64,000 bases of DNA from an uncultured Candidatus Binatia bacterium (GCA_965242525.1 OZ251459.1:3552001-3616000), one strand, 5' to 3'. Counted from the first letter of the stretch, positions 29,274 to 39,393 are shown. A program made the numbers and translations. The notes: generated from the sequence alone by a model not told the origin.

Positions 29274-31610
29274 TCACTGGCTGGTCTTGGCGCCGCCCTG
29301 GCACAGGCGCCAGATCTTCTCGGGCTTGAGGGGCATGTCGATGTGGGTGACGCCGAACGGCGCCAACGCATCCACTACCGCGTTGACGATGGAGGGCGTG
29401 GAGCCGATGGTCCCGGCCTCGCCCACTCCCTTCACCCCCAGCGGGTTCACTTCGGTGGGGGTCTCCGTGCGCGCGAACTCCAGGGCCGGCAGGTCTTCGG
29501 CCCGGGCCACCGCGTAGTCCATGAGGCTGCCCGTGAGCAACTGGCCGTCCTCGTCGTACACCACCTCCTCGAAGAGCGCCTGCCCCAGCCCCTGGGCGAT
29601 GCCCCCCTGCACTTGGCCGTCCACGATCAACGGGTTGATGACCTTGCCGCAGTCGTCCACCGCCACGTACTTCCGGATCTCGACCTCGCCGCTCTGTGGG
29701 TCCACCTCCACCACGCAGACGTGCGTGCCGAAGGGGAAGGTGAAGTTCTTGGGCTCGAACACCGATGTGGCCTGAAGCCCGGGATCCATGCCCGCGGGCA
29801 GCTTGGTGGCCACATGGGCCTGCACCGCGATCTCCTGGATGGTGACGCCCTTGTCGGGCACGCCCTTGACCGTGAACTTGCCGTCCTCGAACTCCAGGTC
29901 CTCGGCGCTGCATTCCAGCAGGTTGGCGGCGATGGCCTGGGCCTTCTCCCGGACCTTCTGAGCGGCCATCAACACCGCGGTTCCGCCCACCGCGATGCCG
30001 CGGCTGCCGAACGTGCCGATGCCGTTGGGCACCACGGCCGTGTCCCCGTGGAGCACGGCCACGTCCTCGATGGGAACGCCGAGCTCGTCCGAGACGATCT
30101 GCGCGAAGGTCGTCTCCTCCCCCTGGCCGTGGGGCGACACGCCGGTCAACACGGTGGTCTTGCCGGTGAAGTCCAGGCGCACGGTGCCGCTTTCCCATCC
30201 TCCCGCGGGCAGCGCCGCGGAAGGACCCATGGCGCAGATCTCCACGTAGGTGGAGAGGCCGATTCCCATGTAGCGGCCTTCCTCCCTGAGCCGCTTCTGT
30301 TCGGCGCGAAGGTCGTCGTAACCCGCCATCTCCAGCGCCTTGTCGAGGGCCGCCTGGTAGTTGCCGCTGTCGTAGGCCAGTCCGGTGGCCACCGGCAGCG
30401 GGAAGTCCGAGGGCCGGGCAAAGTTCTTGCGGCGCACCTCCACCGGGTCCATGCCCAGTTCGCGCGCGACCAGGTCGAGGGTCCGCTCGATCACGAACGT
30501 GGCTTCGGGCCGTCCGGCGCCGCGATAGGCGTCAGTGGCGATCTTGTTGGTGAAGCCGCCGGTGGAGCGGAACCGCACGGTGGGGATCTTGTAGCACCCG
30601 CTGACCATCAGACCCGTGAGGGGCGGCATCCCCGGCGTGAGGAGCTGGTAATAGGCGCCGGTGTCGAGCATGCAGTCGTAATAGACGCCCAGGATCGTGC
30701 CGTCCTTCTTCACCGCGGCCTCCACCGTGCCCACCTGGCCGCGTCCGTGGATGGTGGCCTGCAGGTTCTCGCGCCGTCCTTCGATCCACTTCACCGGACG
30801 CTTGAGCCGCATGGCCAGGTAAGCCAGCAGGCCCTCTTCCCGATAGACGTTCAGCTTGCATCCGAAGCCGCCGCCCACTTCCGGGGCGATGACCCGGATG
30901 TGGTGCTCCGGGAAACCGAGCATGAGGGCGAGTTGGGCCCGCAGGAGATGGGGGATCTGGGTGGAGGTCCAGACGGTCAGTTCATCCTCTCCCGGAAAGT
31001 ACCGGGCCACTACGCCCCGGGTCTCCACCGGGATCGGTGCCAGCCGCTGGTGCACGAACTTCTGCTTGACCACGACGTCCGCCTCGGCCCGGGCCTTGTC
31101 CATGTCCCCCTGGCCGAGCTCGAAGGTGAAGGCCTGGTTGTCGGGCCACTGGGGATGGACCTTGGGCGCGTCCGGGGACAGCGCCCGTTCCAGGTCCGAC
31201 ACCGCGGGGAGCGGCTCGTAGTCCACTTCGATGAGGTCCAGGGCGTCCCGGGCCGTGTAGGAGTCCTCGGCCACCACCGCGGCCACCGGCTCCCCCACGT
31301 AACGCACGCGTCCCTTGGCCAGCACCGGGTGTTCCGGCGTGCGCAGCGTGGGGTTGGACGCAGCGCACGGCACCGACCCCACGCGGTCGCCCAGGTCCGC
31401 GGAGGTCACCGCGGCGGCGACCCCGGGCAGCGCCAGCGCCGCGTCGGTGCGGACGCCGTCGATGCGGGCGTGGGCGTGGGGGCTGCGCAGGATGGCCACA
31501 TGGAGGACGTCCGCCAGCCGGATGTCGTCCACGTAGTGCGAGAGGCCCTGCACCAGGCGCGGGTCCTCCCGCCGCTTCACCTTGGTTCCTACGAGCTTGC
31601 TTACCGGCAT
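29274..31610 (-). CDS. coxL: Molybdenum hydroxylase large subunit, form II CoxL/CutL-like
   Basis: REDPRLV, GGGFG, active-site loop AYRGAGR, GVKGVGEAG. Confidence 0.88.
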   Translation of the reverse strand: MPVSKLVGTKVKRREDPRLVQGLSHYVDDIRLADVLHVAILRSPHAHARIDGVRTDAALALPGVAAAVTSADLGDRVGSVPCAASNPTLRTPEHPVLAKGRVRYVGEPVAAVVAEDSYTARDALDLIEVDYEPLPAVSDLERALSPDAPKVHPQWPDNQAFTFELGQGDMDKARAEADVVVKQKFVHQRLAPIPVETRGVVARYFPGEDELTVWTSTQIPHLLRAQLALMLGFPEHHIRVIAPEVGGGFGCKLNVYREEGLLAYLAMRLKRPVKWIEGRRENLQATIHGRGQVGTVEAAVKKDGTILGVYYDCMLDTGAYYQLLTPGMPPLTGLMVSGCYKIPTVRFRSTGGFTNKIATDAYRGAGRPEATFVIERTLDLVARELGMDPVEVRRKNFARPSDFPLPVATGLAYDSGNYQAALDKALEMAGYDDLRAEQKRLREEGRYMGIGLSTYVEICAMGPSAALPAGGWESGTVRLDFTGKTTVLTGVSPHGQGEETTFAQIVSDELGVPIEDVAVLHGDTAVVPNGIGTFGSRGIAVGGTAVLMAAQKVREKAQAIAANLLECSAEDLEFEDGKFTVKGVPDKGVTIQEIAVQAHVATKLPAGMDPGLQATSVFEPKNFTFPFGTHVCVVEVDPQSGEVEIRKYVAVDDCGKVINPLIVDGQVQGGIAQGLGQALFEEVVYDEDGQLLTGSLMDYAVARAEDLPALEFARTETPTEVNPLGVKGVGEAGTIGSTPSIVNAVVDALAPFGVTHIDMPLKPEKIWRLCQGGAKTSQ

Positions 31611-31613
31611 GGC

Positions 31614-32096
31614 TTATGTCCCAGCTTTCGTTTGTTCCGCGGCCTGCTTCACCGCATCAACGATATGCTTGTACCCGGTACAGCGGCAGATGTTGCCTTC
31701 GAGCCCGTGGCGGATCTCCTCTTCCGAGGGGTTCGGATGTTCGTCGAGGAGCTGCCGCGTGGCCATGATCATGCCCGGAGTGCAGAAGCCGCACTGGAGC
31801 CCGTGGCAGTCCCAGAACGCCTGCTGTATCGGATGGAGTCCGTCCTCGGTGGCCAGCGACTCGATGGTGCGGACCTCGCACCCGTCCGCCTGGACCGCCA
31901 GCAGCGTGCAGGACTTGACCGCGGCTCCGTCCACCAGGACCGTGCAGGCCCCGCACAGGCTCGTCTCGCAGCCGATGTGGGTCCCGGTGAGTCCCAGCAC
32001 GTCCCGCAGGTAGTGCACCAGCAACAGGCGGGGCTCCACCTCGTCCGTCCGGCTGGCGCCGTTGACCTGAACCTCGAGTTTGGCCGTTTTCGTCAT
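31614..32096 (-). CDS. coxS: 2Fe-2S subunit (CoxS-like)
   Basis: [30 protein letters not shown]. Confidence 0.92.
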   Translation of the reverse strand: MTKTAKLEVQVNGASRTDEVEPRLLLVHYLRDVLGLTGTHIGCETSLCGACTVLVDGAAVKSCTLLAVQADGCEVRTIESLATEDGLHPIQQAFWDCHGLQCGFCTPGMIMATRQLLDEHPNPSEEEIRHGLEGNICRCTGYKHIVDAVKQAAEQTKAGT

Positions 32097-32211
32097 GGTC
32101 CCTCATCCTCGCTGGCCTGAAAATATACCCCGCGCAACCCCAGGTCAACAGGATTTTTTGGGCGTTTCCGACTTTCGCCGGGAAGCGCCAAAAAACGGAT
32201 CGGGTGTTCCT

Positions 32212-33024
32212 TCAGCGGAACTCGCACAGGATCGGGAGGTGGTCGCTCAGCTTCGGAGTCGGGCCGAACACCATCTCACGACTCAGAACCCGCGACCCGG
32301 TCAGGCGGTCGAGCATGGGCGCGTTCACGTAGCAGTAGTCGATCTGGTGTTCGATGATCCCGCGCGAGTGCCGAAACGTCGGTACGGGTTCCCCGTGGAA
32401 GTGGCTGAGGCAATCCGTCAGGCCTGCGGCGTGCATCCTCTCCACGACTTCCCGGTTTCCTCTGTCCTTCGGGTAATCGAACTTGACCGAGCTGTTGAAG
32501 TCGCCGCTGACGATCCAGTTGGCATCGTCGGCGATGTCCGCGTTCCGAAGCAGGGACCACAGGACTTCCGTGAACCAGACACGTGGGTTGTTCTTCAGCT
32601 TGATGCGCGATACATCGACGCCTGTCAGGGCTTCCTCTGGAACGGGAAAGTGCGGCAGGAGAACCGAGACCACACGATACCGCACTCCTTCGCCATCGAT
32701 GACTTCACATTCGAGGATCCTTCCCACGCGCTCGGAGTGGATTCTGTTGACCCATTCGATCTCGGAGGTCAGGTACCGTTTCTCGACGATCTCCCACTTG
32801 GAGAGGACTACGGTCTGGCCTTCCGAATGGCAGTTGTAGCTGGCCAGGATCCAGTCAGGTATCTTGCCCACTTCCTGAAGCATGGCGATGTCCGGATCTT
32901 CGCCATGCAAAGTCCTCCAAAGACCGGAACGCAAGTCTCCGGCCCGGTTGACGTTCCACGTGAGCGTCTTCACCCGGGCTGGAGTAGCGCGGCCCGGCGA
33001 GGTCTTGGCCATGGCAACGCCCAT
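32212..33024 (-). CDS. Endonuclease/exonuclease/phosphatase (EEP) family protein (start may be a few codons downstream)
   Basis: TWNVN, LQEV, GDFNS, IDY, SDHLPI. Confidence 0.88.
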   Translation of the reverse strand: MGVAMAKTSPGRATPARVKTLTWNVNRAGDLRSGLWRTLHGEDPDIAMLQEVGKIPDWILASYNCHSEGQTVVLSKWEIVEKRYLTSEIEWVNRIHSERVGRILECEVIDGEGVRYRVVSVLLPHFPVPEEALTGVDVSRIKLKNNPRVWFTEVLWSLLRNADIADDANWIVSGDFNSSVKFDYPKDRGNREVVERMHAAGLTDCLSHFHGEPVPTFRHSRGIIEHQIDYCYVNAPMLDRLTGSRVLSREMVFGPTPKLSDHLPILCEFR

Positions 33025-33035
33025 CCCTTGTGTGG

Positions 33036-33398
33036 TTAACCGCCCAAGTCATCGACGTCGAGCTTCAGCAGTTCGGCAATGCGTTCGAGCGCCTGGCGTG
33101 ACGGTTTCTTTCCGTCCTCGATGTCCGACAGGCAGGCGGCGGAGACACCCGCAGCATCGGCCAACTCGCCGACCCCCATACCACGGTACTCCCGCCAGAC
33201 CCGAACCGGGTTTTCGCCATTGATGAGCCTGTCCACGACTTCGCCCGGCACGAACTCTTGGTCGGGCTCGTCGAACACCCGCTGAAGCGCAGCGGAGTCC
33301 GCCGCATCCTCGATGGCGCACAACGTGTCATACTCGACAAGCGGGATGACGGCGTATTCCTCGTCGGCGATGGTGATGGTCTTTGGTTTGGCGGTCAT
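33036..33398 (-). CDS. XRE-type HTH antitoxin (HigA-like)
   Basis: GENPVRVWREYRGMGVGELADAAGVS...LSDIEDGK; ATGA overlap with the toxin gene. Confidence 0.85.
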   Translation of the reverse strand: MTAKPKTITIADEEYAVIPLVEYDTLCAIEDAADSAALQRVFDEPDQEFVPGEVVDRLINGENPVRVWREYRGMGVGELADAAGVSAACLSDIEDGKKPSRQALERIAELLKLDVDDLGG

Positions 33399-33649
33399 CG
33401 GTATGCACTCCCACGAGGCTCTATCAGACCAACCATGAGGGTCCTGGTCCTGGCGTCAAGTCGGTACAGTACCCGCCAGTCGCCAACACGCAGCCGGTAA
33501 CCGCCGCCTTGCAGTTGCGCGGCGTTGTTGTCAGGCGCGAATGGGTCCACCGCCAGCGCATCGATCTTGGCCTTTATGGTCCTGGCAGTGTTGGCGGGCA
33601 TTCTCTCCAGCCGACGACGAGCCCCTTTGGAAAAGACAGTATGGAACAT
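33395..33649 (-). CDS. RelE/ParE family toxin (toxin-first, HigB-like order)
   Basis: 84 aa, YRLRVGDWRVLY, PRGSAYR. Confidence 0.88.
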   Translation of the reverse strand: MFHTVFSKGARRRLERMPANTARTIKAKIDALAVDPFAPDNNAAQLQGGGYRLRVGDWRVLYRLDARTRTLMVGLIEPRGSAYR

Positions 33650-33815
33650 ACCGCGGCGAATTTCCTGTTCGCCATCGAAGTCAACCAAGAAAAACGGTAC
33701 ACCGTAACCCGCCCTTCCGCAAGCCTGCTCGACCGACTCCTCGCACGGCGCGGCCAATTCTGGTACAGGTCGTGGGGACCGTCCGCAAGCGCCTTCACGC
33801 ATCCGGCCCGATACC

Positions 33816-34832
33816 ATGCAGCCGCGGCTGACCCTATCCTGTGGCGAATACCGGCGCACGCGCCCGTTGCTGGACGGGCGCGTCACCGTGGCGGGCTACG
33901 ACGTGGAAGTCGTGCCGGACCCGTTCCCGTCCACCGGCGTCCTCGGTGACTACCAGTATCCGCGAACGCTGCGGATGCTGGACCACAAGGCGTTCGACAT
34001 CTGCGAGATGGGCATGGCGCCCTACGTGACGGCGCGCTCGCAGGGCGTTCCACTGGCGGCCATCCCGGTCTTCCATTACCGCCGCTTCCGGCATCCCTAC
34101 ATCTTCTGCCGCGGGGGTTCGGGCATCGAGACTCCCGCGGACCTGGCCGGTCGGCGCGTGGGCGTGCGGCGCCTCAACCTGAGCGCGGGGGTGTGGGCGC
34201 GGGCGTTGCTCCAGCACGACTACGGAGTGGATCTGAACGAGGTCACCTGGGTGGTGACGGTGGACGTGCCGCTGCGCGACGAGGTCCGCAACGGCCTGAA
34301 ACTGGAGGTGGTGCGCCCCGGCGAGGGTCTGGAGGAGCTACTCGTCCGGGGCGACATCGACGCCATGATCGAGGCGTCCGCCCTGGGCGCGTCGGCGCGA
34401 GCGGCGGCCGGCGTGCACCGGTTGCTGGGTGAGGACACGCGCCAAGCCGAGGCGGACTACTATGCGCGCACCGGCTACTTCCCCATCATGCACACCATCG
34501 CCCTGTGGCAGGACGCAGCCGCACGGCACGAGGGCCTGTGCCAAGCCCTGCACGACGCCTTCCTTCGCGCCAAAGCCGCGGGCAACCGCGCCGGCGAGCC
34601 GCGGGCGCGCTACGTCCTGGCGCTGGAAGAGGAAGAGTGGTGGCAGTCCCTCACCGCGGAGCAGACGGAGACCCTGTGCGGCGGCCCGGGGCGCCCCGCG
34701 GACCCCTGGAGCTACTCCCTGGACGAAGACGGGAGGACGGTGGAGGCGTTCCTCGACTACGCTTACGAGCAGGGCCTGACGCCGGAGCGCTATCGGACGG
34801 CCGACCTGTTCGTCCAGCCGGGGAAAGCGTAA
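33816..34832 (+). CDS. 4,5-dihydroxyphthalate decarboxylase-like / SsuA-type binding-fold protein
   Basis: Y.RTRPLLDGRV, FDICEM, IPVF..RRFRH, FPIMHTI, YAYEQGL. Confidence 0.75.
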   Translation: MQPRLTLSCGEYRRTRPLLDGRVTVAGYDVEVVPDPFPSTGVLGDYQYPRTLRMLDHKAFDICEMGMAPYVTARSQGVPLAAIPVFHYRRFRHPYIFCRGGSGIETPADLAGRRVGVRRLNLSAGVWARALLQHDYGVDLNEVTWVVTVDVPLRDEVRNGLKLEVVRPGEGLEELLVRGDIDAMIEASALGASARAAAGVHRLLGEDTRQAEADYYARTGYFPIMHTIALWQDAAARHEGLCQALHDAFLRAKAAGNRAGEPRARYVLALEEEEWWQSLTAEQTETLCGGPGRPADPWSYSLDEDGRTVEAFLDYAYEQGLTPERYRTADLFVQPGKA

Positions 34833-35000
34833 GGAACCTCTGAACAATCCAGACAGGGGGCATGAGCGCGTCCTTCGACTTCGCTTCGCTACGCTCAGGA
34901 TGAATGGGGGGACTTCGCTTCGCTACGCTCAGGACGAACAGGGATGGGGGCGTCAGGGTGAGGGAATCCATCCCGGATGTCTCGATTGTTCAGAGGTTCC
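34833..35000. mobile_element. 168-bp family A MITE with perfect 17-bp TIRs and GTAA target duplication
   Basis: GGAACCTCTGAACAATC ... GATTGTTCAGAGGTTCC; GTAA on both sides, the left copy containing the upstream stop codon. Confidence 0.9.
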
Positions 35001-35143
35001 GTAAGAGGCGGCGCAGTACCCGGGACCGCGGCGCCGGAGCCCGGGCGCCTGTCCGGATCGGCGAACCGCGGCGAGAGACAGGGAAGGGGACCGATACCCC
35101 GGGAGAAACGCTTTCCCGGACAAGCGCGTTCCCGGACAGGCTC

Positions 35144-35620
35144 CTATGCGGGGCTTTCGTCCCATTCCACCGGGTCGCCCACGCGGATCATGCCGCCGGT
35201 GAGCACCTGCGCCCGCAGGCCGCCCCGGTGGACCAGCCCCCGCAGCACGTCCTTGCCCGTCAGCCTGGCGAGGTTGGCGCACGGCTCGCACAGCCGAAGC
35301 CCCCGCAGCTTCACGGCGCCCACCGTGAACTCCCGCTGCACCAGATGGTTCAGTGGAACTCCGCGGGTGGTCACGTTGCGGCGGCTGTCCTTGGAGTCCA
35401 GCGCCGTACCGTAGTCCCGCTCCATGGCCTCCACCGCCTCGGCCTCGATGAGCGTCACCTCCCGGTCCGGACCCGGGTTGTGCGAGTAGCTGCCCGCCTC
35501 GTTGCAGTAGCGGTCCCCTTCGAGCCCCTTGCCCTCCACCGCCCGGACTTCCGGAAGGTTCTGCATGGCGCCCTTGGCGTCCGGCGCGACTTGTATCGAC
35601 ACGACCGATCCTTTCGGCAT
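35144..35620 (-). CDS. MOSC domain protein
   Basis: GLEGDRY, VTLIEAE, RRNV, CEPC, GGLRA. Confidence 0.88.
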   Translation of the reverse strand: MPKGSVVSIQVAPDAKGAMQNLPEVRAVEGKGLEGDRYCNEAGSYSHNPGPDREVTLIEAEAVEAMERDYGTALDSKDSRRNVTTRGVPLNHLVQREFTVGAVKLRGLRLCEPCANLARLTGKDVLRGLVHRGGLRAQVLTGGMIRVGDPVEWDESPA

Positions 35621-35825
35621 GATCTCTCCTTTAGGTTAGGACCTTTTGCGGAGACACGGTTACGGAAACTCCGAACAACCACCCCGTTCGTCCTGAGCGT
35701 AGCGAAGCGAAGTCGAAGGACGCGCTTATCGCCCTGCCCACACCGTGAGACTCTGCCCACAAGGAAGCCGGAAGAGCCCATCTACCAAGCTCCATATGGG
35801 CATGGCGCCGCCCCCTGGATTAGGC

Positions 35826-36062
35826 CTAACGCACGCTTGTGCGGTCGGTCGTCGTCGTGATCGGCGGTTCCCTCGTTGCCGAACGATAGGCGTCCAGCCC
35901 GCGGTCGGCCTTTTGCCAGTCTCGGTAAACTTCCATGAACTCCCGCACGCCCGGACGCGCCAGCGCGGCTTTCAGCATGGCGTCCCTTTGTTGTACGCGT
36001 GTTTTTTTCGCCGTGCGCTTCTCGTCCGTCTTCTTCGTACCCCTAACCCTTGCTGTCGCCAT
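35826..36062 (-). CDS. Small hypothetical protein (78 aa)
   Basis: AGGAG RBS upstream; lower-GC ORF between repeat elements. Confidence 0.5.
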   Translation of the reverse strand: MATARVRGTKKTDEKRTAKKTRVQQRDAMLKAALARPGVREFMEVYRDWQKADRGLDAYRSATREPPITTTTDRTSVR

Positions 36063-36113
36063 CACTCGTTTTCTCCTGTGGGCCGTCCCCGCACGACCCT
36101 TCGTCCGTTCTCG

Positions 36114-36248
36114 GGAACCTCTGAACAATCGGGGCAGAGAGCATGAGAGCGTCCTTCGACTTCGCTTCGCTCAGGACGAACGGGAACAGGAGCGTCAGGG
36201 TGAGGGATCGGGAATGCATCCCGGATGTCTCGATCGTCCAGAAGTTCC
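36114..36248. mobile_element. Family A MITE
   Basis: GGAACCTCTGAACAATC / GATCGTCCAGAAGTTCC; TCTCG on both flanks. Confidence 0.8.
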
Positions 36249-36268
36249 TCTCGTTTACTCAGACGTTC

Positions 36269-37378
36269 CTACAGCCGATCCTCCAGCCAGTCGAGCATGT
36301 AGGGCACGTTGTGGGCCCAGTAGTCGTGGCTGCAATGGATGGCGCCGCCGCGGGCCGCGTCGTCGTAGATCTTGAGGGTCTTGTCCTTGCTGCCGATCTC
36401 GTCGAAGAGGCGTCTGGCGCCGTTCACGTCCATCAGGCGGTCGTTGGCGCCGTGGGTGATCAGCGTGGGACAGGTGACGTTTCCGGCGACCCCTTGCATG
36501 GTGAAGTCCCTGAGGCGCTCCCGGGCGGTCTCGTCGCTCACTCCTCCCAGGAGCCGTCGGACCACCGGTTGGAGGTGCTCGCAGAATAGGTAGAGGTCGT
36601 CGAGCACGCTGTAGCAGCCACTCCAGGCCACCAGCGCCTTGATGCGCGGGTCGAAGGCCGCGGCCCGGGGCGCGTAGTAGCCGGCCATGCTGATGCCCAT
36701 GAGGGCCATGCGATCGGGGTCCACCTCCGGTCGGGACGCCAAGTAGTCGATGCAGGCCCTGGCGGGGACCTCGTAGTTCGCCCGGGTCGGGATCCCCTTG
36801 ACGTACATGGACGATCCTCGTCCCGGCGTGTCCACCAGCAGCAGCGCCCAGCCGTACTCCAGCACCTGCCGGCCGCTGAAGAAGATCTCCTCGGCGAAGG
36901 CGTCGGCGCCCCCGATGAGGAAGACCGCGGGCCACTTGCCCGGCGCCGGGTTCCTGGGGTGGCAGAAATAGCCGTCGTACTCCTCGTCGCCGCAACGGAC
37001 GCTCATGACCTCGATGGGAGGGTCGTGGAGCGCCGCGGCCGCTCGGAAGCACTCCTGCGACTTCCGGAACCGCTGCGCCTTGACGTCGTTCTCCGCGATG
37101 GTCAGGAACACGTCCGACATGCGGAAGTACTGGTTGGCGTGGAAGAAGAACTGCCGGGCCGTGCGCTCATGGCCCGCGGCCAGCGCTTCCCTGGCCCTGG
37201 CCTCGGTCTCGCGGGCCAGACCGAGCCACGCATCCTGCCACGCGCCCTTGTCGCCGGGGTCGAGGCCCCGGCACAGGCGCGCGATGTCGAACGCGTCGCC
37301 GCCCCCCTGCTGGGCTTCGGCCACGAGCCGAAGCGTCTGGGAGCCCATGACCTCGGTGGGAAAGAAGAAGTCGATCAT
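36269..37378 (-). CDS. Alpha/beta hydrolase (2,6-dihydroxypseudooxynicotine hydrolase/FrsA-like)
   Basis: GGAD..AEE, DTPGRG, GISMAGY nucleophile elbow, C-terminal HC. Confidence 0.85.
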   Translation of the reverse strand: MIDFFFPTEVMGSQTLRLVAEAQQGGGDAFDIARLCRGLDPGDKGAWQDAWLGLARETEARAREALAAGHERTARQFFFHANQYFRMSDVFLTIAENDVKAQRFRKSQECFRAAAALHDPPIEVMSVRCGDEEYDGYFCHPRNPAPGKWPAVFLIGGADAFAEEIFFSGRQVLEYGWALLLVDTPGRGSSMYVKGIPTRANYEVPARACIDYLASRPEVDPDRMALMGISMAGYYAPRAAAFDPRIKALVAWSGCYSVLDDLYLFCEHLQPVVRRLLGGVSDETARERLRDFTMQGVAGNVTCPTLITHGANDRLMDVNGARRLFDEIGSKDKTLKIYDDAARGGAIHCSHDYWAHNVPYMLDWLEDRL

Positions 37379-37397
37379 GCAACCGCTCCGCGGCCGC

Positions 37398-38384
37398 CTA
37401 CGGCAGCGAGTAGAGCCGCCGGGCGTTGCCCTCTGTGATGTTGTAACGGTCCTCGGCGCTGAGACCTTCGACGGACTCGAAGATCGGTACTACTTCCTCG
37501 AAGTTGCGCCCGGTCTGCGGGTCCGTGGCGTTCACCGCGCCGAACATCTCGGTGGCGAACAGCACCCGGTCGGACCCCACCCGCTCGATGAGCAACTCCA
37601 TGCCCTCGGCGTCGTAGATGGCCATGTCCCAATAGACCCGTCGGGCCGCCTCCTCGAAGGGCTCCAGCCCCTCCTTCACGTGCATGCCCCGGTGGCGGTT
37701 CCACTGGTACGGCACCGCGCCGCCGCCGTGGGGGATGACGAGCTTGAGCCTGGGGAAGTCCCGGAACACCCGCGAACTCAGCAACTCCACCGCGGCGTTG
37801 TGGTGGTGCCCGATGTAGTAGGAGCTGGTCAGGTGCATGGCCGGGTTCAGGGACGCGCTGGCGTGGACGGTCCCCGGTATGTCCAGCTCCACCATCTTCT
37901 CCCACAGCGGGTACCACCACTCGTGGGCGAGGGACGGCGTCCACGGCTCCCGGCCGCCGCACAGGTCCGGGTTGATGTTGCAGGCGATGAAGCCCTGCTC
38001 CCTGACGCAGCGCTCCAACTCCTCCACCCAACTTTCGGGGCCCACCCCCGGCGACTGGGGGAGCTGGCACACGGGCGAGACCTTGTCCGGCCACAGCCTG
38101 GCGATGCGGGCGATGAGGTCGTTGCACGCCTCGCTCCAGTAACGGCTGACGAGTTCCGACCCGAAATGGTGGCCCATGGCCGAGGCCTGGGGCGAGAACA
38201 GCAGCCGGTCGATGCCGGTGTCGGCCATCCTCTCGAACTGCGGCCGCATGGACTGCTCGAGCTCCTCGTCGCTGATGTTGAGCTTCGCGGGCGCCGGCCG
38301 CGCCTGGTTGATGATCTGCCGCGCGCGAAAGGACTGGAGCTTTGCGGGCGCCGTCGTGTAGTGTGCGTGAGCGTCGATGATCAC
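37398..38384 (-). CDS. Amidohydrolase_2, 4-oxalomesaconate hydratase (LigJ)-like
   Basis: IIDAHAHYTTAP, SPQASAMGHHFG, CQLPQSPG, IPHGGGAVPY, LFATEMFGAV. Confidence 0.82.
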   Translation of the reverse strand: MIIDAHAHYTTAPAKLQSFRARQIINQARPAPAKLNISDEELEQSMRPQFERMADTGIDRLLFSPQASAMGHHFGSELVSRYWSEACNDLIARIARLWPDKVSPVCQLPQSPGVGPESWVEELERCVREQGFIACNINPDLCGGREPWTPSLAHEWWYPLWEKMVELDIPGTVHASASLNPAMHLTSSYYIGHHHNAAVELLSSRVFRDFPRLKLVIPHGGGAVPYQWNRHRGMHVKEGLEPFEEAARRVYWDMAIYDAEGMELLIERVGSDRVLFATEMFGAVNATDPQTGRNFEEVVPIFESVEGLSAEDRYNITEGNARRLYSLP

Positions 38385-38497
38385 GGTGCAACCCCCCGGC
38401 GAGTGTGCGCGTAGTCTAGCAAAGCCCGGCAGGACAGGCTATAGCCTTGGGCCGGACCCTGTCTTCCGAAACCCCAACCCCGGCCAAGGAGCGACTC

Positions 38498-39361
38498 ATG
38501 GCGGAGATCCCGCGTCTCAACGGTGTCATCAAGGCGCTGGAGGAAGGCGGCACGGCCTTCGTGAGCTTCACCTCCATCGACGTGGAGAGCGCCATCGCCA
38601 TGGCGGGCTCCCCCCTCGACGGCGTGGCCTTCGAGATGGAGCATGCGCCCCTGGACATGCCGGGGCTGCGGCACGCCTTGCAGTACATGCTGGACCGGAG
38701 GCAGATCGTGGACCGGGGCACCCTCGCCCCCGCGGTGACGCCCATGGTGCGGATCCCGCCCAACGGCAACGAGATGAACCAGTGGCTGGCCAAGCAGGCG
38801 CTGGACCTGGGCGTGTTCGGCATCATCTTCCCCCACGTCAGTTCGGTGGAGGAGGCGCGCAACGCGGTGTCCGCCTGCCGCTACCCGCGGCTTCCGTCCG
38901 CCCCGAACTACGACCCTCCGGGCATCCGCGGCGACGCCCCCACCCGGGCCGCCCGTTACTGGGGGCTCCGGCAGCAGGAATACTACCGGCGCGCGGACGT
39001 GTGGCCGCTGGCCCCCGACGGCGAGGTCCTGGTGGTGATCCAGTGCGAGGAGGTCCGCGCCATCGAGAACCTGCCGGCCATGCTCGGGGAGGTCCCGGGC
39101 ATCGGGGTGGTGCTCATCGGCGAAGGGGACCTGAGCCAGGAGTTGGGCCATCCCCGGGACTACGACCATCCGGTGGTGGCCGACCACATCAACCGGATAC
39201 TCGACATCTGCAAGGAGCACGGCGTGCCCTGCGGTCATCCGCATCCGAGCGCCGACAACCTGGAACGGCTGGTGGCCGCGGGCTACCGCTTCCTCATGCC
39301 GAGCGCGCCGCGTTCCTTCGCGCTGCTCCACCGGGCGCGGGAGCTCACCGGACGCGGCTGA
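38498..39361 (+). CDS. HpcH/HpaI aldolase family protein
   Basis: FEMEH, VRIP, KQALDLG, IQCE, IGEGDLSQELG; AAGGAG RBS. Confidence 0.88.
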   Translation: MAEIPRLNGVIKALEEGGTAFVSFTSIDVESAIAMAGSPLDGVAFEMEHAPLDMPGLRHALQYMLDRRQIVDRGTLAPAVTPMVRIPPNGNEMNQWLAKQALDLGVFGIIFPHVSSVEEARNAVSACRYPRLPSAPNYDPPGIRGDAPTRAARYWGLRQQEYYRRADVWPLAPDGEVLVVIQCEEVRAIENLPAMLGEVPGIGVVLIGEGDLSQELGHPRDYDHPVVADHINRILDICKEHGVPCGHPHPSADNLERLVAAGYRFLMPSAPRSFALLHRARELTGRG

Positions 39362-39393
39362 CGCATCACGCCAACGGAAAAAGGGCCGGAACC

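Noticed and set aside
29274-31610. Bona fide form I CO dehydrogenase
   Set aside because: The loop is AYRGAGR, not AYXCSFR; gene order and missing accessory genes fit form II
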